DNA of 64,000 nt from contig NMRA01000089.1 in NCBI GenBank assembly GCA_002633005.1, forward strand, positions 731,895 through 795,894, in the 5' to 3' direction. Numbering within the stretch: the stretch's first letter is position 1; every line of letters starts with the position of its first letter. The DNA comes from Phoronis australis (taxonomy: Eukaryota; Animalia; Phoronida). Made by a program: the position numbers and the translations under genes. This document shows, one piece after another, positions 35,126 through 47,100 of the stretch. The notes beneath the pieces were generated by a model. The model was given only the letters and a program-made list of their open reading frames with translations, had not been told where the DNA came from and did not search any database.

Positions 35126-38100
35126 ATGGTTCAAGCAGACAAAGGTAAACCTTAAAGCATTTTCAGCGATTCCATGAGTGCGTGATGGTGTTTTCCGATG
35201 GCCATGAACCTTGACCTCGGGGAATCCCAGCCATGTCTGGAGAAATCGACCGACCAAATCGTGCGTGCCGTAGCCCGCATGTTTGGAAAAATCGAACGAT
35301 GAAATCACGCGTGCCGTAGCCCGGCGTCCCGTAACACAACGGCGCCACTCGAATTTTACGTATTTATCCTGATTATTTTATGGTGAAATCTGAAGTCCAG
35401 GATGTTATTCCTCAGGCATTCTGTGGTCGCAACTGTATGTCCATTCTTTCTTTGCTTGTTCCAGTGATTCTTGTGCAACGAATAAGCTTTCTCTGTTAGT
35501 TGTAACTTGAGATGGATAGATCAGTGGCTTGGAAGTGCAGTTTTATTTCCCAGCCAAAACGTATATAAACTTATATTTCGTCTCAAAAACTGACTTGTTT
35601 TATACCATTATGACCCTGTTATCAAATTGTTCCTTAGTGAAATAAGAGGTGATGTATTCTTGCTTACTTGTATTGTGTTCTATATTGGTATATACATGTC
35701 ACTGTTGTGTATCGGGAGAGATGAATTACAAGTCTGAGAGATGAATAACAACTCGCGTCCGAACGGCGGACCTCCCTTGTTTGCAACATACAAGGGGAGG
35801 GAGTTCTCTGTTCCGCCAATAATCACTGTAGCCAGTTTTCTTCCCACAGGTTCCAGCTGTTTGCTCGAATAAGTGAACATTCTTGCTTTGCAGGTGTCTA
35901 ATTTGATATTAGGCCAATATTTCTTAAAGTCACTCTTTGAGATAACGCCTAGTGCCGACCCACTGTCTACCTCCATGCGCAGCTCCACGCCGTCAACCAT
36001 TAAGTTGGCCCACACAGGACTGTTAGTGCCCAGACCATGGATATTGCATAGCAGATGATGATGGCTGTTTGTCTTTCTGCAAGTTTTCTTAATGTGTCCC
36101 ACTTGTTGGCATCCGTGGCATTTGGCATTCTTGAAATGACACGCATCAGGAGTATGATTAGATTTTCCACATCGAAAGCATTTCACATTCCTCTTAGCAT
36201 TAGCAGCCTTGGATGTTTTATGATCTGATTTATGCACTGTCATGTTCACCTTGTGAATTTCCAGTTTGGTTTGCAATTCTGTTGCATCGCGTGATGCCGC
36301 CTCCATTATGTAGGCAATTTCTAACACCTTCTCAAGGATAGGGTTGGTTTCAGCCAACAGGCGTTTCTCTATATGTTTGTGTTTCAGTCCGCACACAAAG
36401 CGATCCCTTATTGTGTCATGCAATACGTCACCAAATTCACAATGCTCACTTAATTTCTTTAACTATTTAGGAACTCCGACACACTTTCGTCGTTTCGTTG
36501 ATCCCGCTTGTGGAACCGAAAGTGTTCAGAAAAGCTGGTACCTGTTTATCATGTGCCACGTCGTTAGACAAGAAATACTGCTTCAATCTCTCACAATAGG
36601 AATCCCAAGTGTCCTTAGACTCATTGATAGGCTCGATGTGGCCAATCCTCGTCGCCATTTATGTTGTGTATCGGGAGAGATGAATAACAAGTCTGCACTG
36701 GTTGAAGAATACATGAGAACTGCTTTGTTAGAAACTGTCACATGACTAAGCTATTACAATGCTGGGGAGACCTCTGTTGGTAGAACACTATACATCAGTC
36801 ACTTAAATAAATAAATAAATAAATAGTTGATATCACAGTTTACTTGATGTTAATGGAAATAGAACAAAAATTACCTTTCTTGGAAAAGGATTGCTGAAAA
36901 GTTTAGATGTCATTCTTAATATTGTTATTATTATAATTAATAGTGCTTGAAAAATAATTATGTTGTGCTATATTTTCTAGATACTCATGAAATGATTGAG
37001 TCCACACTCCGTCAAAGAATTATGATCTTTGATGGGGCCATGGGGACAATGATTCAGAAGCACCACTTGAACGAGGAAGACTACCGTGGGTCAGAGTTCA
37101 AAGATCACCCAACCAGCTTGAAGGGAAACAATGACCTTTTGACCCTTACCATGCCAGATATTATCTACCAGATACACAAGGTATGGCTGGGAGAATGGAA
37201 AATTTTTAATGGAAAATTTGCCACATGCTGGTTAGGCTTGATATTATCCTGATTCCGATAGCTTAATCAAGAATACATTAATCAAGAGTGGTCAAGTGCC
37301 TGAAAAATGTTTTTTGGTATTTTTCCGCGAAAGTAATTGCAGTAATTCTTTAATTGAGAATATTATTAGTAAGAGTACGGTAAAATCTCATTGATTTTGA
37401 CCAAAACAATAACTAAAATTACAATTTTCTTATTTTTCGAGGGCTTCTAACATTTTGAAGTCCTACAAATTTTCAAAACAGTGTCTGATGTAGTGCTCAA
37501 TTTGGCGACCTCAGATTGTGTTTGGCGACCTGTGAAAAATCTCAAGTTGCCACGAAGTTGCCACTGCGAGTATCAAAGTCAGACAATAATTTCCCCCTAA
37601 ATTTGTTTCAAAGTTCGTGTCTACTTCCAAACTTTAATGTATTAACTGCTTTCTTAGTCCATTACATTTGATTCACAATTGTTCAATTTGGTGAAATCAG
37701 TGCATTTGCCACTACTGTGCACAGCAGTTAGTACACATCAAACACGCGCTTAAATTACAACAGGAAGTAAACATACAGAAATCGGAAGTGTTATATGTTC
37801 GTTGGAAGGAGGAATTGAATTAGAGAATGAATGTATATTTACAGAGTGAAATTGGAGAGGTATGTGTAATTTTCTGAGAATGGGGCATGGTACGACCATA
37901 CAACCTTTTTTATTCGACGATTTCTACACTGCATTGGTAACCTCAGATTTCATTTGGGGACCTAAGATTTTCAATTTTTGCGACCTCAGATTTTGTTTGG
38001 CGACCTGGGATTTTTGCCAAGTTGCCAAATGCGGCTTGGTGTTTTGCTAAGCGTCAAGTGGTACTGATCGTAGCTGTGGTGCATAACTTGAACTTAATTT

Positions 38101-41100
38101 GGTATTCTATTCATTTCTTGAAAAAATGTGAAAATGGTAAAGCAAAATTTCTCATGTCAGCTATATTGTCTCCTAAATTCGTGAAATTTTGTTGTACACC
38201 TTTTACGGTTGTAGTCACATACAGGGGTCCCGCATTTTGAGAATCAGTTTTCTTCACAAAACAACGGGCATCAAACTGGTTCACAAAATCCTGGACCTCT
38301 GCTGTATGAGTGACTATTGCAACCTTTTCCATAGAAAATCTTCAATTTCTTTTATATCTTATGAAAATCTTGACTTCAACATGCACCATCATAAATTTCT
38401 GCATGCATCTCCGTTACTTTATACTTTTGATGTATAGAAGGCGCTGTAGTGAAATATAGTGTCATTTGCAAATCTTCCAGAGTTTTCGAAATCCAGTTCA
38501 ATTCCTTTGGCATGAAGATAATGTCATTATCTTGTAATATCTGCGGTGGGTCTGACACGTGTCATGATATTTACTGATAAAAGGTCACTTTTCTAATGTC
38601 ACCTGTTCCATGTAGTCGATAAGTGAGGTATGAGCATGATAAAGAAATTACCAATCTGAACTATTATTCATAAGGTCACAATTCACAAACTTATGCATGA
38701 ATTTCGCCAAGGAAAACTTGGCATAGATATGGGTAAAACTTGTCATATTCAAAACTCCCCTTTGCCACTATAATGCCATATGTGGTTTCCAGACATTGTC
38801 ATTTTGTGTTCATGTCATATCTCATAGTGGTTGTTTGAATTTATGTAAAAATTTCCGATAGTTACATACTATGGTTCATGCACCCTTTTTTTTCAAAAAT
38901 CCTGTTGGGAATTGTTTTTATTTTTTCTGAATTTCCACTTTGCACAAGTACTTGTATGACTTTCTTAAAATAGTCAGAAGCTGCATAAAACGAAATGATA
39001 AAATTTAACTACATTTTTGATATTTCATGCTGAAGATTTATATCAAATGAAATTTGTTCGGTTTATTGATACCATTTTGCTATCAATGTACCTGAGTGTC
39101 TTTTTTGTTAAATTTTACAAAAATACACCATGACATGACCCAATTGGTGACTGATTGGTAAGAAGCCTAAAATTCAATTCTACAAGCTTTCTACTTTCAG
39201 GAAATTTACCAACTAAATCATAGTTTTGTACAATGTGCTAACTAGTACTTGTTGATGATGTCCTACATGTTATCAGCCTTAAGCAGATATTTAACAAGGA
39301 GTTTTCAAGGCCTGCTGATATGGAAGGCTACAAAACCTGCTGGGATTGTTGATTGCTTGGGCACACAACAGATTAGTGGAAATAATTACTGAGAAAAAAA
39401 GCTACAAAATTTCTGGGATTCTGAAATACATGGGAACTCTACTAATGAAGAACATGTGGGTCGTTATTGCTTGGTTCAAGTTGGTTTGCTGGTTTAGGAT
39501 TGTACACTGGACATTCAAACCCAAGAACAAGCAGTAGTTTTCTTAAACTTACTACAAACCAACATGACTAATTACTAAGAAAAAGTATAGTTCTGCTGTC
39601 GATTTTTTCACATTTTCACTAATCGTTGATAGCAAGAGGCTGCCCAATCAGCTTTATGATTGTTGTTGTTATGTTTTTACTTTTACGTTTCCTTGTCTCA
39701 GTTTGTCCCAATCATCAGATTTTTTTCAAATTTCTATGAAAATGCTTAATAAATAACCTTTCATCAAAAATGTATAAGGAGAAAGATATATGTCACAGGG
39801 ACAGTTTGTGCTTTACAGTTGTCATCAAGTGACACATGACCAGACTCTGAGCATGTTGGCACTTTAGTACTGAGCCTTTCAGGAGGAGTATTCGCGTTGG
39901 AAAAAAATTCAATCATCCCATGCTTCCTGTCATTCTTCCCTTCTACAAATTCATAGATTAAACAGATATATTTTCATTGGTCATTTTCACTTGCTAAGCA
40001 TGTCAATATCATTTTAAACCAAAATAATGGAACAGTAAAGAACTGGAGCCTGTTTCAAGAAAACTGACTTAGCTAAAAGACGAAACTTAAATTTGTGTCA
40101 ATTTTAAGATAAAACTTCAATTTGTTTTAAGTCCATTCCAAGAAAGTGATCTTTAGTTTAACTGAGAAGTTTTTGGCTGAAGTTTTGTATTAAGTTTGAT
40201 TCACTTTCCTGATATGGAAGTTTCAAAGTTTGAAAGTTGAGACAAATCTTAGACTTTAGTCAAACACGAACCTAAGTCAGTTTCGTTGAACGGTCCCCTG
40301 TACCATGCAATTCTATTTCACAGTCATTTGTCTTGGTAAGTCAGATGGGCTTTTCAAACACGAAAAAAAAATACTGACTGCTGTCTGACCATTGTATCTG
40401 CGTTGCATGCGATACATATGACAGGCACATGTCAACGTTCCACGTTGCTCTTGGTTTCCTTATAATGCTGTAAATTCAGTTCAACATGACAGTATGAACT
40501 GTTCGATGGTGAATCATATCTCGTGATATCTCATGATATCTCATCTTGGCAGGACTATTTGGAAGCTGGTGCAGACTTTACAGAAACAAACACCTTCAGT
40601 GGCACAAGTATAGCTCAAGCTGACTATGGACTGGAACACATGGTAAAGTATAGAGTGCACTGGTAGTTATGATTCAAATCATTCTGGAATGTTGCGTCAG
40701 TAATACATTGATTCAGATGCACATTCTGACCTACTTAATATTTATTTTTGTTTATTAACTTTATGCATTCCCCCCCCTCCCGTGTATGTTCATCTTTGAA
40801 TTGAAAGCCACTGCCTTGGTTCGTGTTTTGTCATAGAATCCTGTATTTTGGTTCTTTGATAGGGCTGTTTAGTACTCATTATTGCCATACACACATCACA
40901 TGTGATAAACTTTGGACTGAACGAGGTTCATTTACTGTTTCATTGTAAGATTCGCCATCAAATAATTCAATTATTTATGTTTGAAGTTTGTAACATCGTA
41001 TTTCAGAAATTGCTGATCAGATTCTTGTGAAACTTTCACATACCATGCTTTATGCAATATGCTCCAAAATGCTGTGAGGACTTATTTTAAAAGTGCTGCT

Positions 41101-44100
41101 GCACTTTTGCATGAGAGGCTATCAAAAATCATGTTTCAAACCTTGCCTATTCTTGGTTATGTGCCTTTTAGCAACTTTTTAGAAAAAATGAGACCTTTGC
41201 TTCAATTGATTGCGGGGGAGAGCATTTTTCATCTTTTTAATTTAATTTTTATTAGCAGGCTTAATGCAGGTCACAACGTGAGTGGATATTCAGACACTAT
41301 GGAATGTCATGTAATGTTTCTTGCTGGAAAACCCGGCTTCACTTATTAATAACCAGTTGTTAACATTTTCAGGTGTATAGGCTCAACCTGGAAAGTGCAA
41401 AACTGGCAAAGAAAGCTGCAAATGATGTTGAGAATGCTACAGGTAGATGCATCCAAGTTAATTTAGTGCATATCTTATTTACTGACAATAACAGAAAAAT
41501 TGTCATGGGCAAAAAATTAGTTGCGACTGCAAAACTAGCAAATGTTTCTCAGGATAACTGCACTTTGTGGGTTGTCCCAGACTATGGGTAACTGATTTCC
41601 ATTGATTTAGTCACTTCGTCTTGAAGTACAGCTAATTAATGGTACGTTGCTATTTGATCATAATAATTAATTTATAATATTCTTAATTCAAATGACGTTT
41701 ACTGATAATTCCTGTAAAGCTTGCAGAAATTCTTTTTGTAGTTCAAACAACTACATTCAATGTAATTATCTTTGCCAGGAATCCCTCGGTATGTTGCCGG
41801 TGCAATGGGCCCTACAAACAGGACATTGTCCATATCTCCGTCAGTGGAGAGGCCAGACTTCAGGAATATTAGTGAGTAGCCACATGCCTTGAGCCGTAAT
41901 GACCGCTGAAGTCGAATCTTCATTCTGGCTAGTTTGGTTGCAAGTTGTGTGTTGTTTTAAGTTCATTTTTGCAATGTTCGTAACATCAGTAATGAAGTAC
42001 TTCAAGCAAAATGTTTTGATTTTGGTGGAAGACTGATAAAATAAATATCTAGATTGATTTCTCATACTTTATAAAAGAATTCATCTAATGCTTGTTGAAA
42101 TTGATTGTCATGTTGTAAGAAATAAATACTGAGTAGAACGAGATTGTAAAATTTACCATGACATCCTTTACCTGTACTTTCAATTGTTGGCAAGAAGCTA
42201 AATATTTTCTAGTTATTTCTGTGAAATTACCAATCAGAATCTATTCAGTGTTACATCCTTCTTCCTACAGCCTTTGATGATCTGACCGCTGCGTACAGGG
42301 AACAAGCTCGAGGCCTGTTGGATGGTGGCTCTGACGTCCTGTTGGTGGAGACCATATTTGACACCGCCAATGCTAGGGCTGCTCTGTTTGCCATCCAGGA
42401 ATTGTTTGAGTCGGATTACTCACCTGTACCAGTGTTTGTAAGTTTTTAAAAACAGTATGCGTGATGTCTTACTTGTCTTTGGGAATTTTAAAGTGTCATT
42501 TTGCCGTGCTTAGGTGGCTAAAAAAAATCAAATTGGCGCATTTACTCTCGTAAAATCTGTGATTTCATTATATTCCTCCCTGTGATAGGATTGCAAAGTG
42601 TACGTGCACCATTTTTGAATTCACAATTTTATTGATAGCCAACCCCAACAAACTCTGAAGCATAGCATTTTCGTGAGTCTCTGATGTTTCAGTTGTTCTT
42701 GTTGGTAGCCGAAGTAGAATCATGTCATGGTTAGGAATATTGTGAGACCGATTTTATGAGAATAAAATAGCTTAACTCACTTCTTTGCATTTTAGCCAAC
42801 TAAACAGGCTGAAATGCTGCTTTAATATTGACTAACTGTTACAGCATGTGTGTGGAAGAATTTCAAAACTTTGTGAACAATCTGTGGCATCTTGTTTAAC
42901 TAGTTTCAATTCCAAAAAATTCGTAGCCAATACAAAATGGTTGAAAACAAGGATTAACTGAACTGAGCATTGATTCATGTTGTAATTGTTTCTACATTCA
43001 ACTTGAGTTGTGTTTGTTTACTAGGTGTCGGGTACTATTGTTGACAAGAGTGGAAGGACATTGTCTGGCCAAACAACTGAAGCTTTCATCACCAGTGTCA
43101 GCCATGCTAAGCCCATGTGGTAAGACTTACTCATCAACTTATTTTTAGCTTTGTGTAAAATAATGAGAAATGTGAACTGCATTAGAATGCAATGTCACAT
43201 GTCAAACTTATGCCCTGATATAACACTTTCTAGTGCTCTCTGGGTTTGACTTCAATTATTTTACAGTAGTGTTTTTTTCGTAATAAACCTTCGGTTATAA
43301 CTTTAACAATTAGCATTTGAAAAGTTATGGTATTTAGTTAATATTAATGTCTTTCTTTACATCGTCTTTACAGTCTTAAAAAGCTAGTCATCACAGTTTG
43401 TGAAGGAATTTATTAACTTGTTGGAAAATTAAATTCTAATAAAATTTATTTATTAGTTTTGAATTCTTATCTGTGATTGTCACTGTGGTTTGGTCTTCAT
43501 TAGCTTTCAAAACTCATGTTTTGTTTTTCAACTTGTTTTTCTTTAAAAAAGAGACTAAGTTGATGCAGTTTATGGTGGCTATGAAAATGTTTGCCTACTG
43601 GAAATGGGTAATTCTGTGCCCAAGCTGTTGCCACATGTGGCATTGGCACGTTTGGTGCTGGCCAAAGATAACAGGATAGGTTCTGGTCTGTTTTTTGTTT
43701 TGAAAATTGGTGCCGTTTTGTGGTATATTTTAGCATGCTGATGTTGTCAAAAATGGATCGGGACCTTTCTTTTGTTAACATAGACTTTTTGGTGTCAGCA
43801 AGTTTGAGGCTCAGAATCAATTATTCTACTACATGACTAAAGTATATTTTTGGCCTTGTGTGAAGTGAATCTTTTTTTATCCTTATATGACTTTGCTATA
43901 ATTTCAGTCTGGGTCTCAACTGTGCATTAGGTGCCACAGAGATGCGGCCATTTATTGAATCCGTGTCCAATAACACAGATGCATGGATCCTCTGTTATCC
44001 CAATGCTGGTCTCCCAAACACATTCGGAGGTTATGATGAGACACCTGAGATGACAGCTCAATACATTTGTGTGAGTAATGTTGTGAAAGTGTTTTAAGCT

Positions 44101-47100
44101 AAAAGGGAGCAAAAGGGTGTTATCAGGTGTCACTCTAATCAATGAGTGCACTGCTCAGTTTGGTGACCTGCAGGTTGCCGGTGCGACCTCAGCTTGTGTT
44201 TGGCGACCTGGGAAAAATCCCAAGTCGCCACGAAGCTGCCACTGCCACAGGTAACGGTTACCCTGAAATTCGGTTCAAAGTTTGTGTTGACTTCAAAGCT
44301 TTAAATTACAAGCAGTTTTCCTACCTTTGGTTCACATTGTTCCCTGAAATAGTTTCATATCAGCTCATTTTGCCACCACAGCAGTGGGCACACATCAAAT
44401 GCACTTAAATTACTACTGACGGAAGTCGGAATTGTTTGGCAAAAATTGGGTAAGATCTGTGAAACACACACCTCCAGTATATGCGATGGTCTGTGTTCTA
44501 TCTCCGTTGGCAGGAGGAACTAAGAGAGTGAATGGTACTTATTTTTTATGGAGAGAAATTGAAGAGATATATTAAAGAGGTATGCGAAAGTTTCTGAGAA
44601 TGGAATGCTTCACGATCTTTTTTAATTGATGGTTTCGACATTAATTTAGGCGACCTGGGATTTTTGCCTACTCACTAATATTCCTGAAGTTAATATCTAG
44701 AAAGTTGAAATTGTATAAGTAGTTGTCAAAATAAAACGATGCTTTTTAGTCCTGTCCAGCTATATGTCCTTCCGTGACTTAAGTGTAAAACCCACTTACT
44801 AAATGTCAAAATGGTGATTTTTGGCACATTTCAAAACATTTTGTATTTTGCATATATTGTTGATGGTGTAGATATTCTAATAAAAGCTCCTGTAGCATGC
44901 CATCTGTTGGAATAGGATGGAGTTCCCTGTGTTGACATCAAGTATATAGTTGGCTTAATTCAGGAGGTTGATTAAATACTGACTACTCTTAGTAGTCATA
45001 ATTCTGTTGTCTTCTTTTCTAGTCCTATGCAAAAGATGGTCTGGTAAACATTGTTGGTGGCTGCTGTGGTACCACCCCTGATCACATCAGGTATATTTAG
45101 TCAGTCTTTTGAGACAATCAAGTTTTGTTAGAGATATGGCACTTGATTTTTTGACACTTGGGTGTCAGCCCTGAAAAGCCTCGAGAACCAACTCTTCAAC
45201 AAACTCAAGTACGGTAACTACTTAGGAAGGTCTCATCAGGGAATAATGGTCTGTGAGACTACAATTACTGTAGAAACTCACTTTTAGTAGCCTTTTTAGA
45301 TATGTATTATTCTTCATTTATAGAGTGCAACTGTTAAATTTGACATTATTAAGTTCATGTTTATATCACTATAATTTGTTATCATGTGGATTATTTGATT
45401 TTAGTTTTATTTCTGTTACATTGTGATTCCTTTAAGATAATTAGACTGACCTTCAAAATTCTGTTTCAGGGCCATAGCCGAGTCTGTCAAAGACTTCAAG
45501 CCTCGCGTTCCTCCTGCGGCTGTGCGCGAAGGAAACTTGAAACTCAGTGGTAAGTCTTGTTTTCATGATGTACTCTTAAGCTTACGTCGCTCACTGCTGG
45601 GGGTGGGTGGGATTAGCATAGGGGAATTCGTAAACCACCAAAACCAAAATAGAATGAAGGCTACAATTCTTGGTTGGGTGCATCATCTCATAATTATGTT
45701 CCCTCCTGTAGGATACTGTTCAATTCTTCTGGCTTTACCAGTACTGTACGTCATTTTTTGGAGTTGGGTGTTGAAGTATAAAGAAATTGCAAGTTGTGTA
45801 GTCAAACGTGTAATGCAGCTAAATAACAAGATTGAAGGACTCCTAACTTTTTCGCAGGACTGGAACCGGCGTACATAGGAGCTCACACGTTGTTTGTCAA
45901 TATTGGTGAGAGGTGTAATGTAGCTGGGTCAAGGAAATTCTGTAGATTGATCAAGGAAGACAAGTATGAGGTGCGTTAATATGACGTATGGATTTTATGT
46001 CTTACAGCTGTTTGTGAATGTATGTTTTCCCAACTAAGGATATGCACTGCTGTGTTATCTCTCCTTGTTTGGTTTGCTCACAAAGAAAGAATCCATCATT
46101 CTGCATTTCACCCTGTTTAGTTGGCTAAAGAAGGCTTTTACTCTGATAAAATTGGTCTCGCAATACTTCTTTTCATGATCGGGTTTTATTCGTGTTGCTA
46201 TCAGGAACATCAAAACCATCAACGACTTAGGAAAATGCTTCAGAGTTTCTTGGGGTTGGCATTCTTAAAATTGCAAATTCAGAAATGATGACTGTACGCG
46301 TTGCCTGTGACTTGAGTTGTTTTTCACTTATTTAGTGCACAATATGGCTGACGAGTGAAATTTGTCCACCAAGCATTAAGAACATTTCAGTCTGTTTCAA
46401 GCATCAATGGCCGTGTGTTGATGTCATGAAACAACATTTTTCTAATAGTTGCCATCATTTGCAAAAAGGTGATCAGCCATTGAAAAATGAAAAAAAAATA
46501 CAATTTTGGTTATTACTTTTGTGCGAAACTAGCGGAGAATTATCGTAAATTACATACTAAAGTAAACTGTTTGACAAATTCCTGCCATTGCTCATCGTTT
46601 TAGTTGCTGTCTGACTTAAGTCTGCTTGTATTTATAGTATTCATCATAAGGAATCGTGAGTCATTTCGCCGGACCTGTTGTGTGCGCCTTCTGGCTTGGC
46701 TTTGTTACAAAGCACCAAGCTCTGTCACTTCTCTTAGGGGAAACTTAGAAGCAGTTTACACAATCATGATTTGCATGTAATAAAAGTTCTGGCACTTGGT
46801 ATGTGGTAAACTTAGAAGCATGTCACATAATACTGATCGTGTCGTGCACATTTTATTTTGAAAAACATTAAAACTGGGCTTATTGGAGAGCAACTTGTGT
46901 TGCGTGCAGACCTGCTCTTCCCAGTTACAGTACTTTGACAATTTTGTTTGTGTGTACAGTGTCTTATTAAAATGTTTTTAGGAGGCTCTTGCTGTAGCCA
47001 AACTGCAGGTGGAAAATGGTGCGCAGGTCTTGGATATTAACATGGATGAAGGCATGCTGGACGGAAAGGCAGCCATGAGTCGATTTGTAAATCTTCTCTC

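Noticed and set aside
35145-35400. Cobalamin riboswitch in MTR intron 1
   Set aside because: Only isolated GGGAA/GCCACT words; no B12-box or ordered core. An Infernal scan with Rfam cobalamin models would be decisive.
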